Assembly: GCA_965197905.1 (NCBI GenBank)
Contig: CBDAOB010000004.1
Coordinates: forward strand, 128,001 to 192,000
Source of the DNA: Candidatus Latescibacterota bacterium
Lineage (GTDB): Bacteria; Latescibacterota; UBA2968; UBA8231
Length of the DNA: 64,000 bases
Direction: 5' to 3'
The position numbers and the translations under genes were made by a program. Positions 42,386 through 49,513 of this stretch are shown one piece after another (the first letter of the stretch is position 1; every line of letters begins with the position of its first letter). The notes beneath the pieces were generated by a model. That model did not search any database, was not told where the DNA came from, and was given only the letters and a program-made list of their open reading frames with translations.

Positions 42386-43315
42386 ATGACATTCGAAGAA
42401 ATCGCACAATTCTCGGAAGATGAAGCCCGAAGGCATCTGGAAAATCTGCGTTGGCTGAACGGCATTACATGCCCTCACTGTGAATCCAAGGACGCTACAC
42501 GCATGGAGGGCGAGGCACATCGCAAGGGTGCCATACAGTGCAACGACTGCCGCCAGCAGTTCACGGTTACCGTGGGCACCGTGATGGAGTCCACAAGGGT
42601 TCCGCTGCGCAAATGGATCATGGCCTTTCATCTCTTGTGCTCCAGTAAGAAGGGGTATAGCGCCCTTCAGTTGAAACGCGATCTCGGCTTGGGATCTTAC
42701 AAGACGGCTTGGTTTATGGCTCACAGAATCCGCTATGCGATGAATAACGGCCCCCTAAGTGAGAAGCTCAAGGGAACAGTTGAGATGGACGAAACCTATG
42801 TAGGCGGCAAACCCCGCAACAGAAGTCCGAAAAACAAGCGTGGGCGCGGCACGAAAAAGAAGCCGGTAGTAGCATTGGTAGAGCGTGATGGCGAGGTCCG
42901 ATCTAGGGCCGTGGAGAACGTCAAGGGAAAGACGTTGAACGCGGAGATCCTACAGCACGTGGACAAGCGGTCTACGCTTGTCACCGACGAACTACCGCAT
43001 TACACGCACGCTGGACGATTCGTGGGCGATCATCGCGTGATCAGACATAACGGAAGAGAGTACGTGAGACGAGAAGGGTTACTGTTGGTGACGACAAACA
43101 CGGTCGAATCGTATTTCGCCCTGATTAAGCGTGGCCACTACGGCGTGTATCACTCCATGAGCAGCAAGCACATAGGGCGGTATGTGGATGAATTTGCATT
43201 CCGATGGAACCACAGGAAGGCGAATGATTCAGAGCGGCGCGATACCGCGATTCAACAAGGGGAGGGGAAACGATTGATGTACTCAGAAAACCATTGTACT
43301 CAAGAAAATGTTTAA
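42386..43315 (+). CDS. IS1595-family DDE transposase
   Basis: Zn ribbon CPHC...CNDC, HTH (SALQLKRDLG.GSYKTAW), VEMDETYVGG, LVTDE, TNTVESYF, Y.DEFAFRWN. Confidence 0.95.
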   Translation: MTFEEIAQFSEDEARRHLENLRWLNGITCPHCESKDATRMEGEAHRKGAIQCNDCRQQFTVTVGTVMESTRVPLRKWIMAFHLLCSSKKGYSALQLKRDLGLGSYKTAWFMAHRIRYAMNNGPLSEKLKGTVEMDETYVGGKPRNRSPKNKRGRGTKKKPVVALVERDGEVRSRAVENVKGKTLNAEILQHVDKRSTLVTDELPHYTHAGRFVGDHRVIRHNGREYVRREGLLLVTTNTVESYFALIKRGHYGVYHSMSSKHIGRYVDEFAFRWNHRKANDSERRDTAIQQGEGKRLMYSENHCTQENV

Positions 43316-43331
43316 CGTTGTTGACATTTGG

Positions 43332-43360
43332 TTGACATTTGCTAGCGGATTTATTACTCT
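43332..43360 (+). promoter_or_regulatory. Sigma70-like promoter pointing antisense into the tRNA-like pair
   Basis: TTGACA-N17-TACTCT; the -35 lies in a tandem GTTGACATTTG repeat (43320-43341). Confidence 0.5.
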
Positions 43361-43386
43361 AACAAATAACCTTTGTTGTACAAAGT

Positions 43387-43467
43387 TGGTAGCCCCACCG
43401 GGACTCGAACCCGGAACCTGCGCCGTTCGATGGGTCCAGCTGCTCTATCCAGTTGAGCTACAGGGCC
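43387..43467 (-). tRNA. tRNA-like gene, 81 nt, Arg-like body, non-canonical anticodon arm (anticodon undetermined)
   Basis: GGCCCTG/TGGGGCT acceptor + A-CCA, D arm GCTC-AACTGGATA-GAGC, T arm CCGGG-TTCGAGT-CCCGG; anticodon/variable region 4 nt longer than canonical. Confidence 0.75.
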
Positions 43468-43491
43468 ACCAATTTTTCTGACAAAGGACTA

Positions 43492-43563
43492 TGGTGGAGG
43501 CAGGGGGAATTGAACCCCCCGGTACAGGTGTCTAAGTCCACTACCGGCTACCTAGCTGCCCCC
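43492..43563 (-). ncRNA. 72-nt tmRNA tRNA-like-domain (TLD)-like / Ala-tRNA-mimic RNA
   Basis: GGGGGCA/TGCCTCC acceptor with G3·U70, A-CCA end, T arm GGGGG-TTCAATT-CCCCC, no D stem, central CGGTA..GTG/CAC..TACCG hairpin. Confidence 0.7.
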
Positions 43564-44060
43564 ACGCTGGATGTGAAAATCCCGTTACCAGATTCCCCGG
43601 TAACGGGATTTTCCTCTTTGTGCAAAGATTCTCGCCATTTCATAGTCAGTCGGTATGCTGACTTACCGTTGCGCTTACCGGCTCGCTCAATGATTTTGCG
43701 CTTCCCAAATGATTTTAAGACCGTGTGAGCTGATCCAAGGAGATTGTCAGATTCGCTATGCAACTTCCCTTGCTCCTTGAGCTTCTGCAATTCGTCTCTT
43801 AATTCTGAGGGGTTCCAAGCCCGAGTGTGGTTATTGCGAAAAATGCTGGTAATCGCTTCGACGGGACCGACCGCTTCCACTCTTAGCGCCACCTCACTGT
43901 TGCCGTTACCCGAAATCGGGAACTGCGGTCCCTTGAGTAAGGTTTTAACGGCAGCCAGTTGCTCTTGTACGGCATTAAGCTCACGTTGGATCTCGTTGAC
44001 CTTATTGAGCAAGAATTTGCGTCGATCAGCTAAGGCGATTTCAAATTGCCTGTCGTCCAT
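43548..44060 (-). CDS. IS passenger protein: N-terminal coiled coil + probable winged-helix domain
   Basis: ATG 44060 after AAGGAGA; heptad-like LLNKVNEIQRELNAVQEQLAAV; helix-helix-helix-wing-like pattern ending IIERAGKRNGKSAYRL. Confidence 0.65.
   Translation of the reverse strand: MDDRQFEIALADRRKFLLNKVNEIQRELNAVQEQLAAVKTLLKGPQFPISGNGNSEVALRVEAVGPVEAITSIFRNNHTRAWNPSELRDELQKLKEQGKLHSESDNLLGSAHTVLKSFGKRKIIERAGKRNGKSAYRLTMKWRESLHKEENPVTGESGNGIFTSSVGAAR
43575..43613. terminator. Perfect 15-bp inverted repeat, possible bidirectional terminator or processing stem
   Basis: GAAAATCCCGTTACC-N9-GGTAACGGGATTTTC. Confidence 0.55.
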
Positions 44061-44138
44061 TGTTGATCTCCTTGGTTGGAGAATTACTGGCCCCAAGCTT
44101 AAAATAGCTTACGCACCAAGTTAGCACAAGTTGAAATT

Positions 44139-44339
44139 ATGGGTAAGAATAAAAGCACCAAATGCACCAAGAATGATAATCAAGAATTAGAACAAGCGCA
44201 AGGTGGGTTATCCTTGCACCCCTTGAACCCTGACGAAGCCCTCGCGGCGTTTCTGGACACGCCACCACCAGAGGATGAGCAGGGTAATAAAAACCGAAAA
44301 CGAGGTGCTGATAAAAAGAAGGATACGAGGGAAGAGTAG
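44139..44339 (+). CDS. Small IS passenger protein (66 aa)
   Basis: ORF inside the IS, divergent from the wHTH ORF; LSLHPLNPDEALAAFLDTPP core, basic tail. Confidence 0.5.
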   Translation: MGKNKSTKCTKNDNQELEQAQGGLSLHPLNPDEALAAFLDTPPPEDEQGNKNRKRGADKKKDTREE

Positions 44340-44426
44340 GTCTAAGTGCTAATAAATACGTGGCTTTGCGATAGCTTTCTTAAGTAGATAGTTCCGATAA
44401 TTATTACTCTCATTGGCACGGAATTC

Positions 44427-45398
44427 ATGGCCCAACCCAAGGTATTCATAGACGGTCAAGAGGGAACAACCGGTCTGCGCATTCGCGAGATGCTGAATGA
44501 TCGCCCGGATCTGGAACTGCTCACGATCCCGCCGCAAGATCGCAAGGATTCCACCGCCAGAGAGGACTATCTGAACGCCGCGGACCTAGCCATCCTCTGC
44601 TTGCCGGATGCGGCGGCGGCCGAGGCGGTCAACCTGGTGCAGAACCCGCAAACGAGACTCCTGGATACCAGCACGGTCCGGAGGGTTGATCCGAACTGGA
44701 TCTATGGCCTGCCTGAACTGGGTGTCTCGCAGCGGCAGTCGATCGCCGGGTCGATGCGGGTAGCCAATCCCGGTTGTTATCCCACCGGGTTCATACTGGC
44801 CGTGCGCCCACTGATCGAAGCCGGGGTGTTGAACCCAGCGGCGCGGCTCACCGTAAACGCGGTATCCGGGTACTCGGGTGGCGGAAAAGCACTCATCGAG
44901 GAATATAAATCGCTACCATCACCCGAGCGGGCGAACGACACAGCGCGGCCACTGGCGATCTACGGCCTCGATAGCCGGCACAAACATCTCTCTGAAATGC
45001 AGCTATTCAGCTGTCTGGAACACCCCCCGTTGTTCGTGCCCGCAGTCCTACCCGCCTATTGTGGCATGATGGTCAGCACGCCGGTTCCGATATCGGCCTT
45101 TACCAATGCTACCACCCCGAAGGAAATTTTCGACATCTGGAACGACCACTACGCCGATTCCCCCATGGTCGAGCTCCGCAACCCGCGAGACCCCACCGCG
45201 TTGCGCGACGGTCGATTTCTGGATCTGGAAGGGATCTCCGATCGAAACTCGATTCAACTGATGGTGTTCGGGGACGACGAGATCGGCCTGGTGCTTTTTG
45301 CCAGGCTCGACAATCTCGGCAAGGGAGCGGCTGGAAACGCCGTTCAATGTCTGAACCTCATGTTGGGATTTGCGGAAACCGCCGGACTCTCCGATTGA
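44427..45398 (+). CDS. argC: N-acetyl-gamma-glutamyl-phosphate reductase (type 2)
   Basis: KVFIDGQEGTTGL, ANPGCYPTG, SGYSGGGK, DNLGKGAAGNAVQ. Confidence 0.95.
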   Translation: MAQPKVFIDGQEGTTGLRIREMLNDRPDLELLTIPPQDRKDSTAREDYLNAADLAILCLPDAAAAEAVNLVQNPQTRLLDTSTVRRVDPNWIYGLPELGVSQRQSIAGSMRVANPGCYPTGFILAVRPLIEAGVLNPAARLTVNAVSGYSGGGKALIEEYKSLPSPERANDTARPLAIYGLDSRHKHLSEMQLFSCLEHPPLFVPAVLPAYCGMMVSTPVPISAFTNATTPKEIFDIWNDHYADSPMVELRNPRDPTALRDGRFLDLEGISDRNSIQLMVFGDDEIGLVLFARLDNLGKGAAGNAVQCLNLMLGFAETAGLSD

Positions 45399-46168
45399 AC
45401 CCTGAGCTGGTCGATAGTCACTGCCATTTGGATCAGCTGCCAGATCCTCCAGCCGTTGTCCGGGAAGCGCAAGCCCGAGCTGTTTCGCGCATCGTAGCCG
45501 TGAGCGAAAGCGCCGATTCAATGCGGGCGGTTCTCGGATTGAAGCAAAACCTCGGGGCAACCATCCTGGCCGCGCTCGGAATGCACCCGGCGTGGATTAC
45601 CCAACACAGTGAGGCCGAGATCGAAGCCGGTTTCGAATACCTGTCCGCTCATCTAGCAGAAGCGGACGCTCTCGGTGAGGTTGGCCTCGATTACAAATGG
45701 GCTACGACCGAGGCGGAGAAACGAGAGCAGGCACAGATTCTCGACAGACAGCTTCAAATGGCGGCCGACCACCGAAAAGCCATCAATATGCATTCACGTC
45801 GCTGCCAGAGGCAGGTTATGGAACGGGCGATTTCCTTTCGCCGGGAAACCGGATTGAACGTCCAGCTTCACTGGTTTACGCAATCGAAGAAATTGGCGCG
45901 GATCTGCAACGAAGAGGGTATCTACATATCCGCCGGCCCTGCGATCGTCGGTGATACACTGGGGTTGGCCGTCGTTTCCGAGGTGGCCGATGAGCTACTG
46001 CTTCTGGAGACGGACGCCCCCGTTGGTATCAACGGAATCCCAGGGCATCCGGGGCGGATCCGCGAGGTGGCTGAAGCGGTCGCCGCGTTTTCGGCAACAA
46101 CCTGGGAGCGGGTGGCCAACCGGACCACCCGTAATTTTCAACGATTCGTGGGACTTGAACCGGGATGA
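45395..46168 (+). CDS. tatD: TatD-family hydrolase/DNase
   Basis: DSHCH, GMHP, GEVGLDY, HSR, LETDAP; TTG start overlaps argC stop. Confidence 0.85.
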   Translation: MNPELVDSHCHLDQLPDPPAVVREAQARAVSRIVAVSESADSMRAVLGLKQNLGATILAALGMHPAWITQHSEAEIEAGFEYLSAHLAEADALGEVGLDYKWATTEAEKREQAQILDRQLQMAADHRKAINMHSRRCQRQVMERAISFRRETGLNVQLHWFTQSKKLARICNEEGIYISAGPAIVGDTLGLAVVSEVADELLLLETDAPVGINGIPGHPGRIREVAEAVAAFSATTWERVANRTTRNFQRFVGLEPG

Positions 46169-46225
46169 ATCAACAAGAAGAATGAACTCCCGCCCTCCCC
46201 GGGTCAGTGCGTCCAAGTGGGTGTC

Positions 46226-46254
46226 TTGACAACGGTTTGGGATTCACCTATCCT
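46226..46254 (+). promoter_or_regulatory. Sigma70-like promoter upstream of rfbB operon
   Basis: TTGACA-N17-TATCCT. Confidence 0.55.
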
Positions 46255-46434
46255 TGAAAATCTCGTCTAAATAATTCACCGTTCCCACCAAACCCCTGCC
46301 CACTTGCGTATCGTCCAGCGCTACTGATTTTCAACCCCGGCAATCCAAGCTGGACACGATTCACTATCATTGATCATGCGGGGGGCTCCGCCTGCGGTAC
46401 GGCGTGAGTTTCCACATAGCAAGGGGAAGCTGAT

Positions 46435-47472
46435 ATGAAAAAACTTCTGATAACCGGCGGTTGTGGATTCATAGGCAGCAATTTCGTTCGCTACATCCTG
46501 GAAACCTATCCCGACTATCACGTTGTGAATCTCGACAAACTGACCTACGCCGGGAATCGCGCGAACCTCCATGAGCTGGAAGACGACCCACGCTACGATT
46601 TCGTCCAGGGCGATATTTGCGATTTCGCCGTCGTTGAACGGTTGATGAGGTCAGTGGATATGGTTGCCAACTTTGCGGCGGAAACCCACGTCGATCGCAG
46701 TATCATGGGTGGGGACGCGTTTGTTCGCACCAACGTATACGGGACCTATGTGTTGCTGGACTGCGCTCGGGCAAGTGGGGTCGAGAAATTTCTCCAGGTC
46801 AGTACGGACGAAGTCTACGGAAGTATCGAGGAGGGGGCGTGGACGGAAGACTGGCCGATGGATCCGCGCAGTCCATACTCGGCAAGCAAAGCCAGCGCCG
46901 AGCTACTTACACGTTCCTACTTCACCACCCATGATTTGCCCACCCTGATCACCCGCTGTTCGAACAACATCGGAGCATATCAGTATCCTGAAAAACGCGT
47001 CCCCTTGTACATCACCAACGCCATCGATAATCTAGACCTTCCGGTTTACGGCAATGGGCTTCAGATACGGGATCATCTATTGGTCCAGGATCACTGCCGC
47101 GCCCTCGACCTCGTGCTGCACAAGGCAGTCCCCGGTGAAGCGTTCAATATTGGCGGTGACAACGACGCTAACGGTCTCGAAGTTGCGCGAACGATTCTCG
47201 AGCTGCTGGGCAAACCGGATAGCCTCATCCAGTTCGTTGAGGATCGCCCCGGTCACGATCAGCGATATGCTCTCGATTGCACGAAGATCAAAGCGATGGG
47301 CTGGAAACCGAAGTGGGATTTTGGCGCCGCGCTGTCGGAGACGGTGGATTGGTACGTGTCCAACGAAGAATGGTGGCGCAACATAAAAGGTGGCATGGAT
47401 TACAAAGCATACTATCAGAAACAGTACGGGGCGCGGGCGACATTGGCAACCGGGTCGGACGCCGAAAACTGA
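46435..47472 (+). CDS. rfbB: dTDP-glucose 4,6-dehydratase
   Basis: TGGCGFIGSN, DKLTYAGN, FAAETHVDRSI, STDEVYG, YSASK, DRPGHD.RY. Confidence 0.95.
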   Translation: MKKLLITGGCGFIGSNFVRYILETYPDYHVVNLDKLTYAGNRANLHELEDDPRYDFVQGDICDFAVVERLMRSVDMVANFAAETHVDRSIMGGDAFVRTNVYGTYVLLDCARASGVEKFLQVSTDEVYGSIEEGAWTEDWPMDPRSPYSASKASAELLTRSYFTTHDLPTLITRCSNNIGAYQYPEKRVPLYITNAIDNLDLPVYGNGLQIRDHLLVQDHCRALDLVLHKAVPGEAFNIGGDNDANGLEVARTILELLGKPDSLIQFVEDRPGHDQRYALDCTKIKAMGWKPKWDFGAALSETVDWYVSNEEWWRNIKGGMDYKAYYQKQYGARATLATGSDAEN

Positions 47473-47565
47473 GGCCAAAATGACAACTCGACTCTCGCAT
47501 CACTCGTGCAACGGAGATTGCTGCACCACGATTCGCGGTGCCGCCGTGAGATTCAGGAGGAAGAG

Positions 47566-49329
47566 ATGAGCAACGCAAAACCTGCACTTTTTGCGTTCAT
47601 CGCCATGTGTGCGCTGGCGTACCTGCCACAAGAAGCGTTGCCTCAGGAGCTTGAGGATTTGGTTGAGGAGAGGGAAAAGGAGGAAGCCAAGCTGCAGCGA
47701 ATCCCCGGAGTAGACATTCCCGGGATCGGCGACGGCAGGTTACCCGGACGCCTGCGAATGCCAAAGGGTGAAGAAGTGGAGCGCCTGCGCATCAGCCAGG
47801 ACAAGAAGATAGACCCGGCGACCTACATCGTGGGTCCCGGCGATGCCATCCTGCTTTACGTGTGGGGTGAGTGGGATCTTCCGTACCATCTGGAGGTGGG
47901 CCCTGAAGGATCTTTGATCATTCCCACCATCGGCCCTTTTGAAGTCGCTGACAAAACACTGCTGGAGGTGCGCGAGATGCTGACCGCCGCCGCCCACGAA
48001 CAATATCCGAACGTCAAGGTTTCCGTTTCGCTCCTGGGCATGCGGTTTTTTACCGTCTACCTCACCGGCGCGGTATTGAACGATGGCAGCTTCATCGTAC
48101 ACCCAACGACGCGAATTTCCGAGCTCATCGAACGCGGCGGTGGATTTCTGGATGATTTGGCAGGGACCGCAATAGAAGAGACCGTAGGGGGCAAGAAGAT
48201 AACTGGAAGGCGGGAGTTTACGCCGCAGCCGGCGGCCCGCCGTTCCATACAGCTTGTCCACCAAGATGGATCGAGAGAAGCCATCGATTTGGAGTTGTTC
48301 AGAGCCACCGGAGAGATTGAAAACAATCCGTATCTGCGCATGGGGGACGTGGTACACGTACCTTATCTGCAGTATGAAATCTACGCCTACGGCTCAGTCA
48401 ATCAGGAGGGCGTGCAGGAGTTTCGCCCGGGTGACACGATTGGCACGTTGATGAAGCTTGCCGGCGGCAAGTCGGGCAATGCCCCTCTGCAAGAGGCGGA
48501 GATCTGGCGTTTCGGTGCAGACGGGCGCGAAACCATCATGAAGCTGGTGGGAGCTGAGGATTCCACTCTTCGGACGCTGGAGGATATCGCCGATTTTCCG
48601 CTGCAACCCAAGGACATGCTCTTTGTCCGCACCCGCTCCGACTGGCAACAAACGCCAACGGTGCACGTTCACGGCGAGGTCGGTTTCCGGGGCCGATATC
48701 GAATCACTCATGGCAAAACGACGCTGCAGGAGGTCGTGGCCATGGCCGGTGGATTTACCGAAGACGCCTCACTGGCGCAAGCCTCGGTAGTACGTGCCAA
48801 GTTCCGCGCCATCGTCGACCCGGAGCTACGGCGTCTGCAGCAACTGCAGCGGGTCAGTGGGCTGGCAGATATGAGTCCAGAAGACAGGGCATACCTGAAG
48901 ACAAAAGGACGCGAACGACGAGGCCGTGTGGCCGTCAACTTCGAGCGCTTGTTCGAGGCGAATGACGAAAGCCAGAACATCCTGATCGAAGGCGGGGACG
49001 TAATCTTCGTGCCCGAAAAAAGACGGACGGTTAGCCTCAGCGGACAGCTCTGGCGACCGGGACTGCTGGATTTCGAGGACGGTCGCCGCGTCGGATTTTA
49101 TCTGGAACAGGCGGGCGGTTATACCTGGAATGCCGACAAGGGAGGTGCACGCCTCATACGGGCCCGCACCGGTGTCCGCGAGAGGCTGGACAAGAATCTA
49201 ATCGTTGAAGCGGGTGACGAGCTCTGGGTACCCGAGAAGGAGTATCGGGACTGGTGGGAGTTCGCCCAATCATCCTTGAGGACCGTGGCGGAGACGCTCA
49301 CACTGCTCGTCCTGGCGCGGACACTCTAG
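47566..49329 (+). CDS. Polysaccharide export protein with SLBB domains (Wza/KpsD-like)
   Basis: Signal peptide, Y.VGPGD poly_export motif, repeated AGG/GD.I.VP SLBB units. Confidence 0.85.
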   Translation: MSNAKPALFAFIAMCALAYLPQEALPQELEDLVEEREKEEAKLQRIPGVDIPGIGDGRLPGRLRMPKGEEVERLRISQDKKIDPATYIVGPGDAILLYVWGEWDLPYHLEVGPEGSLIIPTIGPFEVADKTLLEVREMLTAAAHEQYPNVKVSVSLLGMRFFTVYLTGAVLNDGSFIVHPTTRISELIERGGGFLDDLAGTAIEETVGGKKITGRREFTPQPAARRSIQLVHQDGSREAIDLELFRATGEIENNPYLRMGDVVHVPYLQYEIYAYGSVNQEGVQEFRPGDTIGTLMKLAGGKSGNAPLQEAEIWRFGADGRETIMKLVGAEDSTLRTLEDIADFPLQPKDMLFVRTRSDWQQTPTVHVHGEVGFRGRYRITHGKTTLQEVVAMAGGFTEDASLAQASVVRAKFRAIVDPELRRLQQLQRVSGLADMSPEDRAYLKTKGRERRGRVAVNFERLFEANDESQNILIEGGDVIFVPEKRRTVSLSGQLWRPGLLDFEDGRRVGFYLEQAGGYTWNADKGGARLIRARTGVRERLDKNLIVEAGDELWVPEKEYRDWWEFAQSSLRTVAETLTLLVLARTL

Positions 49330-49513
49330 TGCACTGTTCAACAACTATCCTTGTATTTCGCTGCCGACGCATCTCGGCTGGCTGCGTTGCGCTCGCTAAC
49401 CATATTCCACTAATATGGCTCGCTCGTGCGCCTTACCAGCCGCGCGCCTCGACGCCGAAATCTCAAGGCTTTCTATTGAACAGTGCACTAGAGGATTTGA
49501 GGAGCTCCTGGGA

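Larger units (their letters stand above)
42312..44396 (+). mobile_element. Complete IS1595-family element with passenger genes (transporter IS), 2085 bp
   Basis: IRL 42312-42334 CGGAACTATCTACTTGACAAAGC vs IRR 44374-44396 (reverse complement CGGAACTATCTACTTAAGAAAGC, 2 mismatches); 8-bp duplication ATAATTAT at 42304-42311 and 44397-44404; IS1595 transposase. Confidence 0.95.

Noticed and set aside
43387..43563. Interpretation as integrase att-site remnants or a normal host tRNA/ssrA locus
   Set aside because: No integrase in the window, both RNAs keep matched 5' and 3' acceptor strands, they lie inside the IS inverted repeats, and no tag reading frame or pseudoknots of a full tmRNA are present.
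43453..43728. Plus-strand 91-aa ORF containing WWRQGELNP
   Set aside because: This peptide is the typical translation of the reverse complement of a tRNA/tmRNA 3' end, so it is a shadow ORF.
46394..46408. GCGGTACGGCGTG upstream of rfbB as an ops/JUMPstart element
   Set aside because: Only a partial match to GGCGGTAGnnTG and no JUMPstart context.
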